Below, in pieces: positions 11,101 through 18,250 of a DNA stretch of 64,000 bases. A program made the position numbers and the translations under genes. This DNA comes from a bacterium (GTDB lineage Bacteria; Pseudomonadota; Alphaproteobacteria; Rickettsiales; RI-342): NCBI GenBank assembly GCA_016124905.1, contig WGMV01000011.1, positions 82,673-146,672 of the forward strand. The letters run 5' to 3'. Position 1 is the first letter of the stretch, and each line of letters starts with the position of its first letter. The notes under the pieces were generated by a model that did no database searches, was not told where the DNA came from, and was given only the letters and a program-made list of their open reading frames with translations.

Positions 11101-12540
11101 CTCGCGGCCATTGGCGGCGGAAAGCAACAGCCAGCCGACATTCACCGGCGTGGTCACCTTGTTCAGCTCCATGCGCTTGTTGCGCACATTCTCGGCAAAC
11201 GTGAGGCCCTCTTTCTGAGCGCCGGCCAGAATATAGGCATTGGCCACGCGCGGCATCAGCGGGTCCACCGCTTCGTTATTCACATCAAGGCTGCGCAGCA
11301 CGGCCACGGCGCGGTCATTCATGCCAACGCGTGCCAGAAACACGGCAAAATGCGCGCGCTCGAAATATTCCATCTTGTCGGTATTGATACCGGCTGCGAC
11401 TTTTTGCGCGCCTGCACGGTCGCCGGAGGCAGCCAGCAGGCCCATATGGATCACCTGGTTGCGGGCAAGATATTCATTGCTGAGCTTTTTGCGCAGGAAA
11501 GTGCGAAGCAGCTGGTGACGCTCGTTGAAGCTCAGATCCACCATGTTCAGCACGAGCGGCTTGTTCAGCTGCTCCACATCGATTTTCTCGGCCAGCTCCA
11601 TCACCATGTCTTCATCGCCGAATGCAACGGCGAGTTCGAGATAGGTCGGAAGCAATTGCTGCGGCAACGTACCTTTGCGGTAGAAATCGCCCAGAATCTT
11701 ATAGGCTTCGGCATTATGCGCAATGGCGCGGTGCAGGTTGATATAGGCAACCAGCAAATCCGGATATTGGTCAAACTGGTCCATGTGCGGCTTCAGCATT
11801 GCAATGGCTTCTTCCGTATGGCCGAGCGTCGAGATGGCCGCGGCATAATAAGCCAGGGTCGACGGATCTTTCGTCTTGGCAGCCCAATCCTGGGCCAGCT
11901 TCACCGCTTCATCCACCTGGTTATTGTCCACCAGCAGGCTGAAGAGAAGCTGCGTCTGGTCACGGCCCATGGATTGCGGGTAACGGCTCTTGTAAAGCTT
12001 CATATAGGCCAGCGCGTCGGACTTCTGGTCCATCGACGCCAGCAGTTGCACCAGCGTCAGCAGTTGCGGCTCGGCTTCCTTGCCGCCGTCGGCGAGTTTG
12101 GAAAGCACGTCGATCTGCTGCTGGTAGCTGGCATTGTAATTATAAATACGCGACAATTCGGCCAGGTAGGTTTTCTGGCTGTCCATTTTGGAGAGCTGCT
12201 CGAGGTTGCGCAGGTAATCTTCCGGGCGCTGGGCATATTGGTAATATTGCCCCAGGCGGATGCGCGCATCCACGCTGTTAGGATTTTCCTTAACGTAGGC
12301 TTCCATCACCTCAATGGCTTTGTTCACTTCGCCGTTCTGCAGGTAAAGCTGCGCCAGCGTGCCCACCGTGGTGGTGTCCAGACCGCGCGTCTTGGCGATC
12401 TGCTCGAACCCTTTTTTCGCAGTGTCGTAATCCTTGTCCTTCATGTGCATCAGGGCGAGTTCCTTTTCCTGCGGAAGAAGAAAGAACACGAGCCCTAAAC
12501 CGGCCAGACAGATGAGTAGGATGATGATGTACTGCTTCAT
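8164..12540 (-). CDS. pelB: PelB-like TPR scaffold fused to an outer-membrane beta-barrel porin
   Basis: 1458 aa with an N-terminal membrane anchor (IIILLICLAGLGLVFFLL) and a very long TPR region. The C-terminal part is Gly/Tyr/Asp-rich with alternating strands and ends ...VGAYITKRF (terminal aromatic, typical of OM barrels). Confidence 0.8.
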   Translation of the reverse strand: MKQYIIILLICLAGLGLVFFLLPQEKELALMHMKDKDYDTAKKGFEQIAKTRGLDTTTVGTLAQLYLQNGEVNKAIEVMEAYVKENPNSVDARIRLGQYYQYAQRPEDYLRNLEQLSKMDSQKTYLAELSRIYNYNASYQQQIDVLSKLADGGKEAEPQLLTLVQLLASMDQKSDALAYMKLYKSRYPQSMGRDQTQLLFSLLVDNNQVDEAVKLAQDWAAKTKDPSTLAYYAAAISTLGHTEEAIAMLKPHMDQFDQYPDLLVAYINLHRAIAHNAEAYKILGDFYRKGTLPQQLLPTYLELAVAFGDEDMVMELAEKIDVEQLNKPLVLNMVDLSFNERHQLLRTFLRKKLSNEYLARNQVIHMGLLAASGDRAGAQKVAAGINTDKMEYFERAHFAVFLARVGMNDRAVAVLRSLDVNNEAVDPLMPRVANAYILAGAQKEGLTFAENVRNKRMELNKVTTPVNVGWLLLSAANGREKEVFAFLDKEPTATSNRILLDLYYVSSAANQPHFMVAVAERYHAAYPQDEIGLTNLMQAYLRAGEAGKTIALLEGKYNSEQLAKNDIYFAALQKVVRAGPKSPGYAAAREKYIQLLIARYNDPKLDQDDREVAMNNLLEMGAYNVALPMVKQLAYKNPAKYGPLYVNYALKAKQTKDVVAFTEFALKSPSVSQNDKNGYIGLLIKHGDASKALPYLESLAVNQGGNWLFAYEDALKKRGIKKDLVPLWKARAAKTTNDAEMRVLAYKLSDAGEKTEASRLFFKLAQKAPKNQPNNKDVQQTVFLWGQQPPAEGVNWLLANANGSEGKARAGWLKHLVSVRRNDLVADVMQGRDLTRESEETVDMYITALQNQKNKAVLEPILRQAMEREKNPERVAFYANAANSAGLMKLAREGFERVLNTDAFAPYMLKELGNISFFEGDFDAAKSYYNRYLKETSDKAGEGDYIDPDYLVHLRLGIIYLRSEEHENAKKHLVRTLELIENAQEKDRNIWLAEAKARYLLGREGEALEIYKWLNSQNPDDYEVAGDYAEVLIKQQKYNEAERLINSLAPLPDGQEPVQLLGDDYEQGGSAIGSQKLRIELLRAELMVGRGQTQQALAKYKALEAEYPDSPYPKIGQASIYNYMGFQQQALRSLDDATAVAPENKDLARVRKRIYDRQRTQLTAGAEWRQTQDAEEGIMTTVKGHKLLKNYDKIGFVYDHFFYKMDNAYNLDGTVSNVDDNAWMAELYYHHIFDNGNVGELGVIGSNSGAGVEGAYSVPGFLGALRFFGEYNKPFWILGQGIVSEANRDRYGVYQDMRYGENWFGGVGTNYVRYTVDSGDDEVADGMGVNALVGYRLPQFTKPELRVVYGFDGEYLFDDSEFYNRGGARFRPLPIFSREIHSLALNVRDDISHENFWWEAYGGYAYDRLGGHGPFAGGELNYLLTDEWLATLRGSSTLSSNATGDRVDRVGAYITKRF

Positions 12541-12546
12541 AAGGCC

Positions 12547-14955
12547 TTAGTAAGTTATGGTAACTTTTACAGCTTGGTTCGTTGGAGCTTGCAGTGAGAA
12601 AGTAAAAAATCCGTTGTCCATTAAAGGATTAAGGACCTTTCCTCCCTCGCTACTTACGGTAGCTTTGCCATTTTTTGGCAGTCGCCAGCGCATTGTTCCG
12701 AGTCCGAATCCTTGGGCATAAAACACTAGCTCTGTTTCAGAATTATGAATTCCCCACACTTTCCAACGAGAGTTAATTAAATAAGGTAAATGTGCATACG
12801 CATATTCACCATATAAATCAAGCTTTGTTAACTTTATGACCGGTTCTTCCACCGCCGCATCCAGATAAATATAGAGCGAACCTTGCAGATAACTGTGCCC
12901 CACCACACCTCGGGAATGCTGATAATCTACAGTTTTACCACCTGCCCTGTCGAACCGGATAGTTTGGAGGTCACCGCGCTCTTTTATCAACCATTGGTCT
13001 AGACCGTCGGGAATAATCTGGGTGGTATAAAACCCGTTGGCGATTCTGGAATAATTGGTGGCCGTCACGGGATGGATAAGACTGCGGCGTGCAAAATTAA
13101 GGTTTTCCTTTACCGCGTTCAGGCTGGCCAGCTTCTGGCCGGAGAACATATGGTAATAGATATTGAACGGCTTCACCCGCACCGGCATCTCGGTATTCAT
13201 CACCGTGCGGTACAGGTATTTATAGCCGTAATAGCGCCCCGACCAGTCCCCCGTATAGGTGATCTCGTTACTGCTGGATGAGTAGATCTGTCGCTCCCCT
13301 CCCACCAAACGGCCGATCGGCGCAACCCATACGTAGGAAGGAAATTCCGGGTCAAACCGTGTATCCCCGCCATTCAGGTTCAAAAGTCCCTGGTTGCGCG
13401 CCTTGCGAATGGCGGCCTCAAACGGGCGCGTGTTACCGCTCCACTGCACCAGGCCGATTTGCTTGCCCTTGGGCACGAACTGCTGAATGTAAAAGGCTGC
13501 GCCGCACATTTCCTGGTCGAGGTTAAAGGGCATATTGGCATAAGCGCGCGGAATGTAATAACGCCCGGGAATGGACTTGGCCCCCGGCACGTCGGTCAGC
13601 TCGCTCTGCGCCTTGTTATCGATCTCGCATTGCATGTTCACATTGTGGTCGTCATGGTCATTGCCGATGGAGGTCACCTGCTTGAACAGCTTGCTGGCAA
13701 AATTATCCGCCCAGTGGCCGGAGCTGTAATTCTTGAAATACTGCCGCTCGATATTGGGGTCGTATTTGGCGAAGAAGTCCCAATAGAACGGGTGGCTGTA
13801 GGTATGCGAGGCAGGCTCCACGTTAGGCTGGGCATAGATCTCCCGCGCTACTTCCTGGCTTTCCCGTTTTCCCACCCATGCCGGGTCCAGGTCGGCCGCG
13901 ATGGCCGCCACCGTCACCGGCAGGTCATTGTATTTTTTGATAATTTCCTCAAGCACCACCCGCGCGGCATACGCATGCCTGTCCTTGTAGGCGGGCACGT
14001 CGCTCAGGTTATTCCAGCCGTCGCCGTCAATATGGTGGTAGAAAATCCGCCGCCCTGCCTGGGTGGTAGTATCGGGCTTGGGCAATTCATCCGTGTGGTA
14101 GGCGCGGCGGAAAAACTCAAACGGGTTCACATACCACTGGCGGAATGCCTTCACCTCGTCCTCGTCCTTGGTCTGCTCCAGTTCTGAGAATACTTCATAC
14201 CCTTCCGCCACATAGCTGAAGCGGTCATTCTGCATCACCAGCGTGCTTCGCTTGTCGGTGGCTTCTTTGCTGTCCACGGCCAGGTAGACCTGGCTATCGG
14301 CCTCGGTCACATCCACCCCCTGATAGGATTTGATGACTGGCGGCAATTGACGCTCAAAGCCGAATACCCGCCGGTCCTCATGCACCACTTTCACGTCGTA
14401 GGTCACGGTCACCCAGCGGTCGCGCACATTGATACCGAGCTTGTTAAGCAGCGCATTGATACGCGGAAGCGTCGGCTTATTGCCCTTCCTGTCTTCGAAC
14501 AGAAAGGAATGGCCAAAACTGACGATGGGAATCCCCTTATCCGCCGCCGCCTCGATCCATTTCAGATAGGCCTCGGCATCCGGCACGCGGGAGGCCGGGT
14601 CGAACCATAAAAACACCCCCCTCACCCCGTCGATCGTGTTTAAATCCGGCAGCCCATGCTCAATATCGAAATATTTGACGATCAGGCCGAGGTGGTTCAT
14701 CGGCATTTCCGCCATGCGGTGGGTATAGGTCTCCGCCAGGTCGGGGTTGGCGGTACTCGTGTAAAGCGTCACAATCGTGCGTGGCAGCGGCTTGCCGGGC
14801 GGCAGCTCCATGGCCTTGGCATGCACCGGCGTTACCGGAGCCGCCGTTTTCACCACGGCTTTCTGTTTGGCATGCTTGGCTGCTTCCGCCACGGGCGAAA
14901 GCGCGGCATTCAACATGATAAACGCGCAGAAAATGATCAGCAGCCGCTTTATCAT
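12547..14955 (-). CDS. pelA: PelA-like polysaccharide deacetylase (reductase-like + CE4 deacetylase + C-terminal beta-sandwich), lacking the hydrolase domain
   Basis: 802 aa with its own signal peptide (MIKRLLIIFCAFIMLNAALSPVAEA). It carries the CE4-type metal/catalytic motifs YHHIDGDGW and SHTYSHP. It lies directly upstream of pelB, and its start overlaps the preceding ORF's stop (ATGA at 14952-14955). Confidence 0.75.
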   Translation of the reverse strand: MIKRLLIIFCAFIMLNAALSPVAEAAKHAKQKAVVKTAAPVTPVHAKAMELPPGKPLPRTIVTLYTSTANPDLAETYTHRMAEMPMNHLGLIVKYFDIEHGLPDLNTIDGVRGVFLWFDPASRVPDAEAYLKWIEAAADKGIPIVSFGHSFLFEDRKGNKPTLPRINALLNKLGINVRDRWVTVTYDVKVVHEDRRVFGFERQLPPVIKSYQGVDVTEADSQVYLAVDSKEATDKRSTLVMQNDRFSYVAEGYEVFSELEQTKDEDEVKAFRQWYVNPFEFFRRAYHTDELPKPDTTTQAGRRIFYHHIDGDGWNNLSDVPAYKDRHAYAARVVLEEIIKKYNDLPVTVAAIAADLDPAWVGKRESQEVAREIYAQPNVEPASHTYSHPFYWDFFAKYDPNIERQYFKNYSSGHWADNFASKLFKQVTSIGNDHDDHNVNMQCEIDNKAQSELTDVPGAKSIPGRYYIPRAYANMPFNLDQEMCGAAFYIQQFVPKGKQIGLVQWSGNTRPFEAAIRKARNQGLLNLNGGDTRFDPEFPSYVWVAPIGRLVGGERQIYSSSSNEITYTGDWSGRYYGYKYLYRTVMNTEMPVRVKPFNIYYHMFSGQKLASLNAVKENLNFARRSLIHPVTATNYSRIANGFYTTQIIPDGLDQWLIKERGDLQTIRFDRAGGKTVDYQHSRGVVGHSYLQGSLYIYLDAAVEEPVIKLTKLDLYGEYAYAHLPYLINSRWKVWGIHNSETELVFYAQGFGLGTMRWRLPKNGKATVSSEGGKVLNPLMDNGFFTFSLQAPTNQAVKVTITY

Positions 14956-15881
14956 GGCTTACCCTCCGCTTTCACGGGCACGGCCTGCTGCGCCACGGGG
15001 GTTTCCGGTGGTTCCGGTATAATGCGGTTAAGCTCAACCGTGGCGACATACGGATGGAACCCCTGTGCCCGGTGCGCCGCATAAATTTCGCGGATACCCG
15101 CCGGTTGAGCGGGGTCCCAGTAATCCAGCGTGAATATCTTCAGGTGTGGATAACGCGCCTGCACGGCCTTCAAGTAACTCACCCGCTGTTGATATTCCGC
15201 CGCGGGCACCTTGCTGTAGGTCTTGGTCTTGAAATCATAGGTCGTGTAGAGGCTCTCACCCAGCACGCCGTTAATATCGCCCGCCACTTCAGGCAACACA
15301 TCAAAACCCCGGTTCATCAAAATGAATATCTGCGGATAATGCAGCCTGATCGTGTGGATCAGCCGCACGGCCGCTTCTTTCATGCCCTTGTATTTCGCAG
15401 GCTCCCTCTGTTCCAGGTAGCTGGCATTATCCATCGTATCGATGAAAATGCCGTTCACACCGCGAAACAGCACCTCGGGAATAATCTCCTCCACCACCAG
15501 ACGCGGCCAGTCGGCATTACGCATATCCACCAGGCGGCTTTCGGGCCAGTTGGCGTTCGGCGCAAGCAGCATGCCTGCCTTTTCAGCATCGGCAAAATAC
15601 CAGCGGGTTTCATGCACCTCGCCCAGGCTTACATAACCAAGCACGGTCTTGTTATTATTCACGTAATCGCGCACCGGCAGGTTGCGCACCGTTTCCAGCA
15701 CAATCATCTGATAGGGATTGAACGCGGTGGAAAGCGCCTTCTGTCCGTAATACACCACCCATTTCACCGGTTTGGGCGGTGCGGGCGCATTGGCCGTGCT
15801 GCCGCCTATCGCCCCAAGCAGCAAAAGGGCGGCCAGCACGCCCGAAACGCCTTTTAACAATTTTCCTGCCCGATAAGGCAT
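14952..15881 (-). CDS. pelA: stand-alone PelA-hydrolase-like glycoside hydrolase (GH114/GH166-type TIM barrel, endo-alpha-1,4-polygalactosaminidase-like)
   Basis: 309 aa with a signal peptide (GVLAALLLLGAIGG). The pattern VVYYGQ..., VLGYVSLGEV, GIFIDTMDN resembles the N-terminal hydrolase domain of PelA. A GGAGAG RBS precedes the ATG. It is the first gene of the pel cluster. Confidence 0.7.
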   Translation of the reverse strand: MPYRAGKLLKGVSGVLAALLLLGAIGGSTANAPAPPKPVKWVVYYGQKALSTAFNPYQMIVLETVRNLPVRDYVNNNKTVLGYVSLGEVHETRWYFADAEKAGMLLAPNANWPESRLVDMRNADWPRLVVEEIIPEVLFRGVNGIFIDTMDNASYLEQREPAKYKGMKEAAVRLIHTIRLHYPQIFILMNRGFDVLPEVAGDINGVLGESLYTTYDFKTKTYSKVPAAEYQQRVSYLKAVQARYPHLKIFTLDYWDPAQPAGIREIYAAHRAQGFHPYVATVELNRIIPEPPETPVAQQAVPVKAEGKP

Positions 15882-15982
15882 AGATTTCTCTCCATGCCGC
15901 AGAATTACGCCGAAAGCATGAAGAAAACTTGAAATCTGTCTTTATATAGGCTTAACGGCAGCGCCTTTCTATCCCGGCTGCC

Positions 15983-16013
15983 CAACAAAAAAGGGCGCCC
16001 GGAGGCGCCCTTT
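15983..16013 (-). terminator. rho-independent terminator after the RTX gene
   Basis: On the minus strand the sequence reads aaagggcgcc-tccg-ggcgcccttt followed by TTTGTT, 20 nt after the stop at 16033. It separates the RTX gene from the pel operon. Confidence 0.65.
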
Positions 16014-16032
16014 CGTACCCATAGTGGGAAGC

Positions 16033-17802
16033 TTAGACGAACACGAAGTCGTTGAGCGTCCAGACATGGTCGTTGCCGGTAACGGTATGAGCGCCGTCGG
16101 CATCCGTGTAGGAAACGGAACCATGCGAGGTGATGGCTTCGTATTTGCCGGCATGGTCGTTCCAGAAGTAAACCGTGGAAGTGCCCAGGCCTTTGATATC
16201 GGCGGCTGCATAGCCATCCAGGTAGATTTTTTCGTGGTTCGTGGTGAAATCGCTGATGAGATCCACACCATCGCCTTTGGCGAAGTTGAAGATATCGTCG
16301 CCAGCGCCGCCGGAGACCACATCGCCGATGACGATGGTGTTTTTGCTGGCGCAACCGCAGGAAGCAACCGTGAAGCTGCCGTCGTCGGTACCGCCGACCA
16401 GCGTGTCGCAGTCGGAACCGCCATTGAGCGTGTCGTTGTTTTCGTTACCTTCGATCCAGTCGTTGCCGGTATCACCATAAATGATGTCCTTGCCGGTACC
16501 GCCGAAGAGATTGTCATTATCCTCGTTGCCGTGGATAAAGTCATTGCCTTCGTCACCCGTGATGAGGTCGGTGCCGCAATTACCATACAGGCGGTCGTTT
16601 TCCGTGCCGCCGTAAATGGTATCGTCGCCGTTGCCGCCATAAATGGTGTCGTCGCCGGCGCAGCCGTTCAGCAGGTCGTTGCCGTCTTCACCAAGGATAT
16701 AGTCATTGCCTTGGTTGCCATGGGCTTCGTCATTGCCGATGCCGCCATAGATCTTGTCGTCACCGTCGCCGCCCTGCATGAAGTCATTGCCATCCTGGCC
16801 ATACAGCGTGTCGTTGCCGGCTTCACCGGAGAGGGAGTCATTATCGGCGCCGCCTTCCACCCAGTCATTATCAGCACCGGCCCATACGGTATCGTTACCG
16901 GCATTGCCGAAAATCGTATCGTTGCCAGCGCCGCCTTCAACATAATCATGGCCAGCATCAGCGGAGATCTTATCCGCGCCATCGCCACCATAGATATTAT
17001 CGTTGCCGTTACCGCCCCAGATGGTGTCGTTGCCACTGAAGCCATCGATCGTGTCGTTGCCGTCACCGCCGACGAGGGCATCGTTGCCATTGCCACCGTT
17101 CAGGTAATCATGGCCCGCGTCACCGAAAATGGTGTCGTTTTCGGAACCGCCATAAATGGTGTCATCGCCATTGCCGCCATACAATGTATCGCTGCCGCTT
17201 TCACCTTCAATATAATCGTTACCGTCTTCACCCCAGACCTTGTCATTGTCTTTACCGGCGAACACCCAGTCATTGTCGGCGCCAGCCATGATGGTGTCGT
17301 TGCCGTCATCACCGGTGATAAGGTCGGAACCAGAGCCGCCGCTGACGGAGTCACCGTCGCCACCGGCATAAATCGTGTCATTGCCGCAACCGCCGATCAG
17401 CGTGTCGCAACCGAAGAAGCTGCCGTTGATATAGTCATTGCCATTGCCGGCATCGATGTAGTCATCGCCTTCGTTGCCATCCAGCCAGTCGTTGCCGTCG
17501 CCGCCATAGATGGTGTCGCGGCCGTCGCCACCGTGGATGGTGTCGTTACCGATGTCACCGGCGAAGTAATCATTGCCGGCATTGCCCCACATCAGGTCGT
17601 TGCCTGCGCCGCCCAGCACGATGGCTGCTTTGGCGGAGTTGACGTAGAACACGTCATTGCCCGCGCCGCCGTCCATGTAGTTGTTCTTGCCGTTCATCAA
17701 GCCGGACAGGGAATCGTTACCGGCGGTCCCGCCAATAAGATTATAGGGTGCGCCTGCGCCGAATACGGCGTTGATCAGGGCTTGGTTAACGGTAACAGGC
17801 AT
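16033..17802 (-). CDS. RTX (hemolysin-type calcium-binding repeat) secreted protein
   Basis: 589 aa made almost entirely of tandem GGxGxDxUx nonapeptides (GGAGNDLMWG, GGDGRDTIYGGDGNDWLDG...). There is no N-terminal signal peptide. The C-terminus ...VWTLNDFVFV resembles a T1SS C-terminal signal. Confidence 0.9.
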   Translation of the reverse strand: MPVTVNQALINAVFGAGAPYNLIGGTAGNDSLSGLMNGKNNYMDGGAGNDVFYVNSAKAAIVLGGAGNDLMWGNAGNDYFAGDIGNDTIHGGDGRDTIYGGDGNDWLDGNEGDDYIDAGNGNDYINGSFFGCDTLIGGCGNDTIYAGGDGDSVSGGSGSDLITGDDGNDTIMAGADNDWVFAGKDNDKVWGEDGNDYIEGESGSDTLYGGNGDDTIYGGSENDTIFGDAGHDYLNGGNGNDALVGGDGNDTIDGFSGNDTIWGGNGNDNIYGGDGADKISADAGHDYVEGGAGNDTIFGNAGNDTVWAGADNDWVEGGADNDSLSGEAGNDTLYGQDGNDFMQGGDGDDKIYGGIGNDEAHGNQGNDYILGEDGNDLLNGCAGDDTIYGGNGDDTIYGGTENDRLYGNCGTDLITGDEGNDFIHGNEDNDNLFGGTGKDIIYGDTGNDWIEGNENNDTLNGGSDCDTLVGGTDDGSFTVASCGCASKNTIVIGDVVSGGAGDDIFNFAKGDGVDLISDFTTNHEKIYLDGYAAADIKGLGTSTVYFWNDHAGKYEAITSHGSVSYTDADGAHTVTGNDHVWTLNDFVFV

Positions 17803-17993
17803 GGCGATTCCTCTTCTATATTAAAAAAGTGTTAATTCCTATAACGGAACAATCTCCGGCAGGCAATGGTTTTTTGTGTGAAACTTTTATGTAGGTTCCG
17901 CGGAACACCCGGATTTGGTAAATTCCGGCGCATAAGAAAGTCATTCGTTTTTGCCGTTTTTTAACAAATTCCCCTCCTCAGGCGATGCCCCGC

Positions 17994-18022
17994 TTGACAA
18001 GTTGGCCGACTTGTGGTGATAA
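17994..18022 (+). promoter_or_regulatory. candidate sigma70-type promoter for rpmG
   Basis: TTGACA (17994-17999), a 17-bp spacer, then TGATAA (18017-18022), about 50 nt upstream of the rpmG ATG. Confidence 0.3.
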
Positions 18023-18070
18023 AGCCTCCCTCAATTCTATAAGTTTACGTATCTGCCTCGGGGAATTACC

Positions 18071-18241
18071 ATGGCCAAGAAGAACACCATCAACCTCAAG
18101 CTTACCAGCACGGCTGGCACGGGCTTTTTCTACGTGAAAAAGAAAAACCCGCGCAAACTGACGGAAAAGCTCTCCTTCCGCAAATATGACCCCGTGATCC
18201 GCAAGCACGTGGAATTCAAGGAAGAAAAACTGAAGTCATAG
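18071..18241 (+). CDS. rpmG: 50S ribosomal protein L33
   Basis: 56-aa ORF below the ORF-track length cutoff: [56 protein letters not shown], the canonical L33 sequence pattern. Confidence 0.9.
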   Translation: MAKKNTINLKLTSTAGTGFFYVKKKNPRKLTEKLSFRKYDPVIRKHVEFKEEKLKS

Positions 18242-18250
18242 TAGGCTTCG

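Noticed and set aside
8305-12498. A 1397-aa ORF on the plus strand. Similar long antisense ORFs occur at 731-2125(-), 2678-3682(+), 4449-5672(+), 5297-6463(+), 6623-8143(+), 20310-21608(-), 26285-27343(-), 27618-28781(-), 39011-40810(+), 48726-50699(+), 61123-62118(+) and 62262-63308(+).
   Set aside because: Each lies antisense to a gene whose product has clear family signatures. Their translations are low-complexity and rich in His/Arg/Gln/Val/Ala, with no recognisable motifs. That is the usual shadow-ORF artefact of GC-rich coding DNA.
16024-17835. A 603-aa plus-strand ORF opposite the RTX gene, plus several shorter ORFs in other frames.
   Set aside because: It is an artefact of the nonapeptide-repeat DNA. 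The antisense reading of GGxGxD codons gives endless V/I/A/T repeats. The minus strand encodes canonical RTX repeats with a proper start, RBS region and terminator.
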